From: an uncultured Myxococcales bacterium
Lineage (GTDB): Bacteria; Myxococcota_A; UBA9042
Reading direction: 5' to 3'
NCBI GenBank assembly: GCA_903869075.1
Contig: CAIPXZ010000676.1
Location: 1-51,736, forward strand
Length of the DNA: 51,736 bases
The translations under genes and the position numbers were made by a program. A model generated the notes under the pieces. That model had not been told where the DNA came from. It saw only the letters and a program-made list of their open reading frames with translations, and ran no database searches. Below are positions 8,775-16,952 of this stretch, one piece after another (the first letter of the stretch is position 1; each line of letters opens with the position of its first letter).

Positions 8775-10478
8775 TCAAATCCCTTCGGAAATCAGCAGGA
8801 TCAGCGCCACGCGACCGTCGTCCCGCTGCGCTGCCGCCACGCCCAGCGAGCGCGACGCCGTCAGCTTGACCGCCTCCGGCCAGTCCAGCTGGTCCAAATC
8901 GCCGGTGAGCGCCGTCCACACCCGCAGCCGGCCGTGCACCGCGTGCCGTTCCTGCGCCAGCGCCAGCGCGCGGTTCGAGGCGTTGGCCAGCTCCTCGTGC
9001 AGCGCCAGCTGCAGCGCCGTGTCAGCGACGTCATCCAGCGCCGCATTCGCCGCCAGCTCCGGCAGGTCCAGGTCGCGCCGCAGCATCGCCAGTCGCTGCC
9101 GCACCTCGGCGATCGCCGCCGCTGGCGTCCAGTGCGGCGTCGGCCGCGCGAACAGCTGCGTCAGCCACCAGCGCCGCCGGCCCTGATCATCCTCCGCGCC
9201 CGCCACGCCGACGCCGACGTGCGTCATCTGCGGGTCGAGGATGTTGCGGCGGTGCCCCAGGCTGTGCATCAGGCCGAGTTCCGCCTCGAAAATCGACGGG
9301 TTGTGCGCGACGTTCTCCGCCGACGCCGACGCCAGATAGTGCGCCTTGGCCAGCCGGTCCGGGTGCATCCCCGTCGTCGGCGAAACGTGGCCAAAAAAGC
9401 CGTTGTCGCGCATGTCCGCGCTGTGCTCGCGCGCAATCGCCGCCAGCTGCGGGTCCCACGCCAGCAGCGGCAGGTGGTGCCTGTGGCGGTCGGCGTTCAG
9501 CAGCTGCATGGCGTACGCCGCGGCCTTGTCGGCCGACTGCAGCGGCGTCTCGTCCGGCGCCAGCGTCGTCTGGTACTGCGTCGGCAGCGGCTGGCCGACG
9601 ACGACGCGCACCTGCACAAGCTTGCCCGGCCCGCCTGGACCCTCGCCCACCACCTGCAGCTCGACCTCGCCCGGCTGCGCCTCGCCCGGCACCGCCACGA
9701 CAAGATCCGCGCCGTTCACCGTCACCGCCAGCGTCGCCAGCGTGCCGTCCGGCCGCAGCTCCAGCGCCTCCAGGTGCCGCCATGGCGTGCGCATCCGCCC
9801 GCGCAGCTGCCACGCTTCGCCCACCGCCACGCGCGACGCCAGCGGCACAACGTCGATGTCCAGCCGCGTCGCCACCGCGCCGATGTGCCGCGCCAGGCTC
9901 GCACCCGGCTGGTAGACCTCGCCGACGCCGACGTGCAGCAGCCCCGCGCCCGCCGCCGCGCCGTCCAGCACCGCGCGGATCGCCTGCCGCAGCGCGCCCT
10001 CCGCGTCCGAGTTGCTGCGCAGGTGCTGGAACACCGTGTCGCCGGCGATCGCGCCCGACGACGCCGTCAAAAACGTCCGCACATCCGACGGCGGGTCCAT
10101 GCCCAAATTACTGTATTGATAGACAAATTCCCGCGCCGCGCGGCCCAGCGACGGGTCAAAAACCGCCTTGCCGCGGCTCTCCTCGCGCACCAGCTGGCTG
10201 TAGAACTCGTCGCTGCCATCGGTTTGCGCGCTCAGGTAGCGCTGCGCCGGCGGCTCGACAAGCGCGATCGTCACCGCCTGGCCCGGGGCAAAATCCGGCG
10301 GCCGCGGCGCCGGCGTGTCGACCGGCTCCGGACCCGGCTGGGCGACCGGCGGCGGCGTGTAGCTGTGCGCGCGCGGCGACGGCGCGGACACCGACGGCGG
10401 CGTCGGCAGCCACAGCCGCGCCATGAGCAGCACCACAAGTCCCAGCGCCACGATCGCTACGCCCCACCGCCGCACCAT
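8775..10478 (-). CDS. CAP (SCP-like extracellular) domain protein
   Basis: N-terminal signal/TM; LLNADR, AREHSADM...FFGH, AENVA and SLGHRRNIL...HVGVG CAP motifs; a second degenerate CAP-like segment at the C-terminus. Confidence 0.85.
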   Translation of the reverse strand: MVRRWGVAIVALGLVVLLMARLWLPTPPSVSAPSPRAHSYTPPPVAQPGPEPVDTPAPRPPDFAPGQAVTIALVEPPAQRYLSAQTDGSDEFYSQLVREESRGKAVFDPSLGRAAREFVYQYSNLGMDPPSDVRTFLTASSGAIAGDTVFQHLRSNSDAEGALRQAIRAVLDGAAAGAGLLHVGVGEVYQPGASLARHIGAVATRLDIDVVPLASRVAVGEAWQLRGRMRTPWRHLEALELRPDGTLATLAVTVNGADLVVAVPGEAQPGEVELQVVGEGPGGPGKLVQVRVVVGQPLPTQYQTTLAPDETPLQSADKAAAYAMQLLNADRHRHHLPLLAWDPQLAAIAREHSADMRDNGFFGHVSPTTGMHPDRLAKAHYLASASAENVAHNPSIFEAELGLMHSLGHRRNILDPQMTHVGVGVAGAEDDQGRRRWWLTQLFARPTPHWTPAAAIAEVRQRLAMLRRDLDLPELAANAALDDVADTALQLALHEELANASNRALALAQERHAVHGRLRVWTALTGDLDQLDWPEAVKLTASRSLGVAAAQRDDGRVALILLISEGI

Positions 10479-10487
10479 CTGCCTCCG

Positions 10488-11468
10488 TCAGCGCACTTGC
10501 AGGATGATTTTGCCAATGTGCGCGCCGGCCTCCAGCCGCGCATGCGCCGCCGCCGCGTCCGCCAGCGGAAACACAGCGTCGATGACCGGCACGACCGTCC
10601 GCGCCGCCAGCAGCGGCCACACGTGCGCCTGCAGCTGCGCGGCGATCGCCGCCTTGAACGCCGGTGGCCGCGACCGCAGCGCCGAGCCGGTGATGGTCAG
10701 CCGCCGCCGCAGCACCTCCATCGCCGGGATCGTCGCCTTGTTGCCGCCCAGCGTCGCGATGATCACCACCCGGCCGTCGTCGGCCAGGCACGCGATGTCG
10801 CGCTCCAGGTACGGCCCGGCGACCATGTCGAGGATCACGTCCACGCCGCGGCCGCCGGTCACGGCCTTGACCTCGGCGACAAAGTCCTCGGTGCGGTAAT
10901 CGATGGCCCGCTCGGCGCCCAGCGCCACGCACGCCGCGCACTTGGCTGCCGTGCCCGCCGTCACAACCACGCGGCTGCCCAGCGCCTTGGCCAGCTGGAT
11001 CGCCATGACGCCGATGCCGGAGCTGCCGCCGTGAACCAGCAGCCACTCGCCGGGCTGCAGCCGGCCGCGGTCAAAAACGTTGCTCCACACCGTGAACGCC
11101 GTCTCCGGCAGGCCCGCGGCTTCGACGAACGACAAGCCCGCCGGCACCGGCAGGCACTGGCCCGCGGGCACCACGCAGCTCTGGGCATAGCCACCGCCGG
11201 CCAGCAGCGCGCACACGGCGTCGCCCACCTGCCAGCGCGTCACGCCCGCGCCCAGCGCGTCGATGACGCCCGCGACCTCCAGACCCAGCACGTCCGTCAC
11301 GCCCGGCGGCGGCGGATACAGGCCCTTGCGCTGCAGCAGATCCGGGCGGTTCAGGCCGGCGGCGTGCACGGCAATGCGCACTTCACCCGCCGCGGGCACC
11401 GGCTGCGGCCGCTCGGCCAGCGCCAGCACCGACGGCTCACCCGGTTCACGCGCCACGATCGCCAACAT
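10488..11468 (-). CDS. NAD(P)H-quinone oxidoreductase, PIG3/zeta-crystallin (MDR) family
   Basis: AGLNRPDLLQRKGLYPPPPG, GLEVAG, HGGSSGIG and HIGKIIL. ATG 11468 preceded by GGAGG. Confidence 0.92.
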   Translation of the reverse strand: MLAIVAREPGEPSVLALAERPQPVPAAGEVRIAVHAAGLNRPDLLQRKGLYPPPPGVTDVLGLEVAGVIDALGAGVTRWQVGDAVCALLAGGGYAQSCVVPAGQCLPVPAGLSFVEAAGLPETAFTVWSNVFDRGRLQPGEWLLVHGGSSGIGVMAIQLAKALGSRVVVTAGTAAKCAACVALGAERAIDYRTEDFVAEVKAVTGGRGVDVILDMVAGPYLERDIACLADDGRVVIIATLGGNKATIPAMEVLRRRLTITGSALRSRPPAFKAAIAAQLQAHVWPLLAARTVVPVIDAVFPLADAAAAHARLEAGAHIGKIILQVR

Positions 11469-11580
11469 CCGCACCCCCTCCGCGTGCAAAATAGCACGTC
11501 TCGCGGCATTGCGGCGCGTGGGCTGCTTGTCGGCGGATTCTGCTACAGTGCGCGCGTCGCACCGTTGTCCCGGAGGCCGC

Positions 11581-12765
11581 ATGTCGCCCGTTGTTTTGCG
11601 CTGTTGTGCCGTCCTCGCCAGCGCGCTGGTTGCATGCAGCGACCGTCCGCCGCCGTCCGCCGCCGCGGCCGTGCCCGATGACGCGGTGGCCGACGCTTTC
11701 ACCGCCACGGATGCCGCTGACGTCGCGCTGCCGGACGTCGCCGTCACCGAGACCGCCGCCAGCGTCTGCACGCCGGGCGCCACGACCTGCGCCAGCGGCA
11801 CGACGCTGAAGACCTGCGCTGCGGACGGAGCCAGCTGGCTCGCCAGCGCTTGCGGCTACCAGACCATCTGCACCAACAACGCGTGCTTGCCGATCCTCTG
11901 CACGCCCGACGCAAGCAGCTGCGACGGCCCGGACAAGGTCCTGTGGTGCAACGACACGGGTACCGCGCTCCAGCAGACGGGCACGTGCGACCCGGCCAGC
12001 ACCGGGGTCTGCGTCGACGGCCACTGCGCGCCGATCGTCTGTAAGATCGGCGAGAAGACCTGCATGGACGCGGCGACTGTGGGCGTGTGCAAGGCAGACG
12101 GCACGGGCTTTGCCGGCCAGGCGTGCGATGACGGCGACGCCTGCACCATCGACGCCTGCGAACTCGCCGGCAGCTGCACCGCGACGGTCCTGAACTGCGA
12201 CGACGGCGATGCCTCAACCATCGACAGCTGCAACAAGGTCCAAGGCTGCGTGCATATTCAAAGCGGCTGCTGGTATGACAGCACCTGCGACGATCAGGAC
12301 GACTGCACGCTGGACACCTGCGTCGGCGCCACTGCCACCGTCCCGGGCACGTGCAAGCATGAGCAGACCTGCACCTGCAACGTGCTTCCCGCCATCGCCT
12401 GCGGCGCCAAGTTGTCCGGCGCGACCCAGTCGGGGGGCAGCTCCAAATTCCTCACCACGTGGGTTTGCCAGGACGGCACGGTCACTGGTGAGCTCGGCTA
12501 TGAGCACGTCCAGCAGTTCATCCCCGCCTGCACCGGCGCGATGACAGCCACGCTCACCGCCCCGCTCAGCCACCTCGACCTGTTCCTGCTCGACGGCACC
12601 AAGGACTGCTGGGACAACGCCTGCCTCGTCCACGCGCTGGGCACCACCGGGCAGGCAACGCTGACGGCCAACGTCACCGCCGGCACTGTCTACAACCTCG
12701 CCATCGACGGCAGCAGCTACACCGGCGGGACGTATACGCTGGACATCAGCTGTGGCTGTCCCTGA
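11581..12765 (+). CDS. Cysteine-rich repeat lipoprotein with C-terminal PPC-like beta domain
   Basis: Lipobox LVAC; three CxPG...CxxDG units; three CDDxDxCT(I/L)DxC repeats; C-terminal DLFLL...TVYNLAIDG...YTLDISC. GGAGG upstream of ATG. Confidence 0.8.
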   Translation: MSPVVLRCCAVLASALVACSDRPPPSAAAAVPDDAVADAFTATDAADVALPDVAVTETAASVCTPGATTCASGTTLKTCAADGASWLASACGYQTICTNNACLPILCTPDASSCDGPDKVLWCNDTGTALQQTGTCDPASTGVCVDGHCAPIVCKIGEKTCMDAATVGVCKADGTGFAGQACDDGDACTIDACELAGSCTATVLNCDDGDASTIDSCNKVQGCVHIQSGCWYDSTCDDQDDCTLDTCVGATATVPGTCKHEQTCTCNVLPAIACGAKLSGATQSGGSSKFLTTWVCQDGTVTGELGYEHVQQFIPACTGAMTATLTAPLSHLDLFLLDGTKDCWDNACLVHALGTTGQATLTANVTAGTVYNLAIDGSSYTGGTYTLDISCGCP

Positions 12766-12772
12766 GCGCCCA

Positions 12773-12959
12773 GCGCTATCCTCCCAAGCGCTGCGACGTG
12801 TCCACCCGACAGCCAGGACCTATCCAGGCGACACATCAGACCTATCGCTTGGATACCTCGGACCGCTCGATGCGACACCTTGGAGCTGTGCAGCCGACAG
12901 CATGTACCTATCCGGCGGATACCTGCGACCTGTGTGGGGGATAGCTTGCACCTGTCCAC
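12773..12959. repeat. Degenerate 22-bp tandem array of palindromic units (consensus GACCTRTC-N5-GAYAS-N4)
   Basis: Seven full units at 12795, 12817, 12839, 12861, 12883, 12905 and 12927: gacgtgtccacccgacagccag / gacctatccaggcgacacatca / gacctatcgcttggatacctcg / gaccgctcgatgcgacaccttg / gagctgtgcagccgacagcatg / tacctatccggcggatacctgc / gacctgtgtgggggatagcttg. A half unit (cacctgtccac) starts at 12949 and a decayed unit at 12773. Confidence 0.9.
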
Positions 12960-13415
12960 CTAAGGCTGGGCCGGGCCCTTGGTGCCGTGCGGCGCCGACT
13001 TGCCCATGAACTTGGTCAACGGCGCGAACATCGCCGCCAGCTCCGGGTGGTGCTTGACCTGGCCCTTGAGCATGTCATTCACCTGCCGCAGCTGGTCCCA
13101 GCACGCGGCATCGGCCAGCAGGTTCTCCTCCTGCACCATCCGCGTCACGACCTGCAGCGCCGTCAGCACGCCGTTCAGGCCGTCCGACCGCGCGCCCGCC
13201 GCCACAAGGCTCTTGGCCGTGATGCCCTGGGGCGGCGTGAAGGCGGTGCCGGCGTTGGTCAGCGCCGTCGCCGTCTCCTGCGCCGCGAGGCCAATGCCGG
13301 CGGGCGCCTTGGGCAGCCGCTTGATCGCGTCGGGCGTCAGCTTGCCGGCCTTGTCCGACAGCGCCAGGGTGTCATCGACGACGAGCGTCACGGGACCGTG
13401 GGTCATCTTTGCCAT
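12960..13415 (-). CDS. Uncharacterised 151-aa, probably alpha-helical protein
   Basis: ATG 13415 with strong SD AAGGAG and GC3-rich codons. No signal peptide. Sequence includes LTPDAIKRLPK...FTPPQG...EENLLADAACWDQLRQVNDMLK. Confidence 0.8.
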   Translation of the reverse strand: MAKMTHGPVTLVVDDTLALSDKAGKLTPDAIKRLPKAPAGIGLAAQETATALTNAGTAFTPPQGITAKSLVAAGARSDGLNGVLTALQVVTRMVQEENLLADAACWDQLRQVNDMLKGQVKHHPELAAMFAPLTKFMGKSAPHGTKGPAQP

Positions 13416-13635
13416 GGGATTCTCCTTGGGGAATGCGCGAAATCGCGTGGGCCAAGGATGAAAGGACCGGCGCGACAGCGTCAACGGCCGACTGTCATGG
13501 CCGTGTCAAACCGGGCGCGGCGGGGTTGTGTGACATTTTGCCGTGTGGCGCGGAAAAAGTTGGCGGGGAGCGAGAATCTGGTCCCACCCTCTTTGACGGG
13601 CGGGCTCTATCTGGCCGCCGCCGCCGTCCCAGCCG

Positions 13636-15687
13636 CTACTTCACCAGCGGATACGCCGGCTTGTCCTGGCCCTGCGTCAGCTTGACAAGGTAGTTCGCCC
13701 GCACGTTCGTCCACGTCTGGGTCGTCAGGCTGCCGTCTGGCCAGCGCACTTTCACCGCGTCGATGGCGCACGCCGCGCCCAGGCCAAAGTGCAGCGTCAA
13801 GTCGTTCTGCTGGCCAAAAAGCCCGTAGCCGCCGCCGACTTCTGCCATCTGCGTCACGCCGCCCGCGGTCACCCAGACGTGCGCGCCGATGGCGGAGGCG
13901 TTGCTGCCGCCGGTGCCGACCAACTGCAGCTGCACGTAGTTGCCCTGCGGCATGTTGTTCTGGAAGACGTGGACTTCCTCGGTCGGGTAGCACTCCGCCG
14001 GCGACAGGTTGCAGCGCATCGTGCTGCTGCCCAGCACCACGTCCAGGTCGCCATCGCGGTCAAAATCGGCGACGGCGGCGCCGTGCGCGTGCTTGTGGTC
14101 GATGCCGAGGTCGATCGGCACCTCCTCGAACGTGCCGTCCGGAAGCTGGTGGTAAATCAGCGCGTGGGTGCCGGGGTAATCCGACGAGGCGATCAGCACG
14201 TCCAGCCGGCCATCGTTGTCAAAGTCGAACACCGCGCCCGCCATGTCGCCGACGTCGTTCTGCTGGTCCAGCGGCCGCAAGCCGTTGTCGGCGGCGTGCA
14301 GCGTCGTGAACTGCGGGATATCGTTGGTCATGCCGTCATTGCGGACGATGCGCGTCGGGTCCGACGACGTGCCGACGTCCGGGTGGACGATCGTGCCCTG
14401 CAGCAGGTCCAGGTCGCCGTCGTTGTCGATGTCGGCGCAGGTCAACAGCCCGGTGTTGCCGCCCAGGCGGTACGGCTTGCGGTCGGTCGGGTGGTTCCAG
14501 CGGTACGTGCCGCCAAACGCCGCCTTGAGCTGCACGCAGTCGACCTGCGGCGGTCCGCACTTGTCGCACTCGTCGGCGGTCGGGTTGTCGTGGCAATAGC
14601 ACTGCGCGTTCCAGTTCGTGGTCCAGTCGTCGTCGTCGTCGCGGTCGAGGTGCGACTCGTGCATCTGCTGGACAAAGCGCGTGCTGCCGTCGCCCTTGAA
14701 GCCGCCGCGCCAGAAGGTGTTGAAATCGCGGCCATAGCTCGCGGTCAGCAGGTCCGGCTCACCGTCGTTGTCGACGTCGCACGCCGCGGTGCACCAGGTG
14801 TGATGCGGCGCCGAGCCATCCTCCACGTGCGCCTGCGTGTAGGTCGTCGTCACAACGCCTTCCGCCGCCGAGACAGCCAGGAAGTTGCCGGCGCCGTCGC
14901 CCTGCACGAGCTGGTCGGGGATCGGCACGCCCGCGGCGCCCCAGGTCATGTAGCCCAGCCAGAGGTCCAGCTTGCCGTCGCGGTCATAATCGGTGAATGA
15001 CGCCGCGCCGAGCGAGCGCCGCAAGTCCTTGGTGGCAAACGAGGCAGTCGTCGGCAGCGCGAAGTGCCCGGTGCCGTCGTTCAGCATCAGCTCGGAGCTG
15101 TCCTGCTTGAAGTTGTCCTTTGTCTGGTCGGTCAACATGCTGTCGCCGCAGAACATGTCGACGTCGCCGTCGTTGTCCACGTCGCCAAACACGACGATCT
15201 GCATCTGCCGGCCATCGGCGCCGTCGCGCGTGGTGGTCAAGCCCGACGCCTTGGTGACGTCGCTGAACTGCATGCCCTTGGTAGTTGTCACGTTTTTCAG
15301 CAGCCAGATCGCCCGCTTGCCCGGCGTCCAGTCCTCGCGCTTGCCTTGGCCGGACGAGCTGCGGACGCTCAGGTCCGGCAGCGCGTCGCCGTTGATGTCG
15401 GCGGTGGAGATGCTGACGCCGGTGACCCGGGTGACGTCGACGGAGAATGCCAGCGGCGTGACGTCGGCGAAGGCCTTTTGGTTGCTCCAGACGGTGCCGG
15501 TGCGGCAAATCGCCGGCGGCGCGCCCTGGAACGGATCGGTGGCGTCGGCGTCATCGCTGTCGGCAAGCGTGCTGGCGGCGTCGGTGGCGGCCTGGCTGTC
15601 CGCAGTGTTGCTTGTGCTGGTGGCGGCCTGACCGCAGGCCGTCAGGCTGAGCAAAAGGCCGGCGAGCTGGCAGATCGGAGTACGCAT
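13636..15687 (-). CDS. CRTAC1-family lipoprotein (FG-GAP/VCBS repeats plus ASPIC/UnbV domain)
   Basis: Lipobox LTAC, multiple DxDxDGxxD repeats, and C-terminal SNASAIGAHV...LHFGLG...VRWPDG. Confidence 0.9.
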   Translation of the reverse strand: MRTPICQLAGLLLSLTACGQAATSTSNTADSQAATDAASTLADSDDADATDPFQGAPPAICRTGTVWSNQKAFADVTPLAFSVDVTRVTGVSISTADINGDALPDLSVRSSSGQGKREDWTPGKRAIWLLKNVTTTKGMQFSDVTKASGLTTTRDGADGRQMQIVVFGDVDNDGDVDMFCGDSMLTDQTKDNFKQDSSELMLNDGTGHFALPTTASFATKDLRRSLGAASFTDYDRDGKLDLWLGYMTWGAAGVPIPDQLVQGDGAGNFLAVSAAEGVVTTTYTQAHVEDGSAPHHTWCTAACDVDNDGEPDLLTASYGRDFNTFWRGGFKGDGSTRFVQQMHESHLDRDDDDDWTTNWNAQCYCHDNPTADECDKCGPPQVDCVQLKAAFGGTYRWNHPTDRKPYRLGGNTGLLTCADIDNDGDLDLLQGTIVHPDVGTSSDPTRIVRNDGMTNDIPQFTTLHAADNGLRPLDQQNDVGDMAGAVFDFDNDGRLDVLIASSDYPGTHALIYHQLPDGTFEEVPIDLGIDHKHAHGAAVADFDRDGDLDVVLGSSTMRCNLSPAECYPTEEVHVFQNNMPQGNYVQLQLVGTGGSNASAIGAHVWVTAGGVTQMAEVGGGYGLFGQQNDLTLHFGLGAACAIDAVKVRWPDGSLTTQTWTNVRANYLVKLTQGQDKPAYPLVK

Positions 15688-15691
15688 TGCG

Positions 15692-16420
15692 TTAATCCTT
15701 CAAGGAAAAGGGCGTAAAGGTTGTGTCGGTATCGAAGAAATCTTCATTTTCAGCGCGTTTCAAGAAACCCACCACTGCGTAGGTCACGGGCGTCATCACG
15801 ACCTCGACGGCGACCTTGAACGCCCACGCCGAGGCGATGACCGCCAGCAGGTTGGAAGTCGGCCACAGCGCCGCGAAGGCAATCGGATAAAACAGCGCAC
15901 TATCCACGCCTTGGCCGACGATCGTCGAGCCGATCGTGCGCGTCCACAGCCACTTGCCCTGCGTGCGCAGCTTCATCTTGGCCAGCACCAGGCTGTTGGC
16001 AAAATCACCGGCCCAAAAGGCGATCATGGACGCCAGGACGATGCGCGGCGTATTGCCAAACACCGTCTCCAAACCCGGCTGAATCACTGCGTTATACGGC
16101 ACTTCCGGGTCGACGGGCAGGTGGATGACGACCCAGCTCATCAGCGTCATGAACGCCATCGCGCCAAAGCCCGCCCAGATGACCTTGCGGGCGCGGGCGT
16201 AGCCGTAGACCTCGGTCAGCACGTCGCCGAACACGTAGGAAACCGGGAAGAAAATGTTGCCGGCGCCGAATGGCACCTTGAAGCCGGCGATGGTCACGAA
16301 CGACGCCTTGCCGGGGCCGATCATGTTGGAACACAGCAAAACCGTGACGAAACCGGCGAGGATCAGGTCGTAGTACCGGTAGTGGCGGCCGCGGACGGGG
16401 TGGCTGGGCGCTGGGTGCAT
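15692..16420 (-). CDS. yhhQ: Queuosine precursor transporter (YhhQ/VUT, DUF165 family)
   Basis: FFPVSYVFGDVLTEVYGY, PRIVLASMIAF and LWTRTIGSTIVGQGVDSALF motifs; multiple TM helices. Confidence 0.85.
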   Translation of the reverse strand: MHPAPSHPVRGRHYRYYDLILAGFVTVLLCSNMIGPGKASFVTIAGFKVPFGAGNIFFPVSYVFGDVLTEVYGYARARKVIWAGFGAMAFMTLMSWVVIHLPVDPEVPYNAVIQPGLETVFGNTPRIVLASMIAFWAGDFANSLVLAKMKLRTQGKWLWTRTIGSTIVGQGVDSALFYPIAFAALWPTSNLLAVIASAWAFKVAVEVVMTPVTYAVVGFLKRAENEDFFDTDTTFTPFSLKD

Positions 16421-16562
16421 CGGCAAGTCTCCGGATCGCTGGACCCGCATGGTGCCGCATGTCGGCCAGCGCGACAAACGGCCGCCCGGCAGGCGCGCGT
16501 TGCGACGGCAGTTTCCTTGGCGTAGCATGGCCGCGCGCAGCCTTGCGCAACCGTCGTCCGCG

Positions 16563-16952
16563 ATGTCACAAGCCAAACGCCCGCGTATTTTGGTGATTGA
16601 CGATGAGCCGCTCATCGGCTGCCTGATCGTTCGCGTGCTGGGCCGCGGCTACGACGTCGCGACGGTTGTGCATGGCCAGCAAGGCCTGGACGTGCTGGCG
16701 GCGGATGACAAGTTCGACCTCGTGCTGTGCGACCTGATGATGCCGGGGCTGACCGGCATGGACGTGCACGCAGCGCTGGCGCAGCGCGGTTCGCGTCAAG
16801 CGGCGACGATGATCTTCCTGACCGGCGGCGCGTTCGTTGGCCACGCCGGCGAATTCCTGGCGCGCGTGCCCAATCCGTGTCTTGAAAAGCCGTTTCTTGC
16901 CGAAGAGTTGCGCGCCGCGGTCCACAACGCACTGGCGTCGCCGTCGCGCTAG
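16563..16952 (+). CDS. Single-domain response regulator (receiver)
   Basis: ILVIDDE, DLVLCDLMMPGLTG (phospho-Asp), FLTGG and LEKPF. Confidence 0.9.
   Translation: MSQAKRPRILVIDDEPLIGCLIVRVLGRGYDVATVVHGQQGLDVLAADDKFDLVLCDLMMPGLTGMDVHAALAQRGSRQAATMIFLTGGAFVGHAGEFLARVPNPCLEKPFLAEELRAAVHNALASPSR

Noticed and set aside
12773-12959. 22-bp array read as CRISPR, TIGR or a coding repeat (ORFs 12717..12959 and 12752..13009)
   Set aside because: The unit is too short, there is no invariant repeat of 23 bp or more, no cas or Nop-domain gene is present, and the period is not a multiple of 3. The overlapping ORFs show no protein-like features.
16421-16562. preQ1 riboswitch upstream of the queuosine precursor transporter
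   Set aside because: No preQ1-like stem-loop with an A-rich tail is visible; the region is short, GC-rich and shared with the divergent gene.
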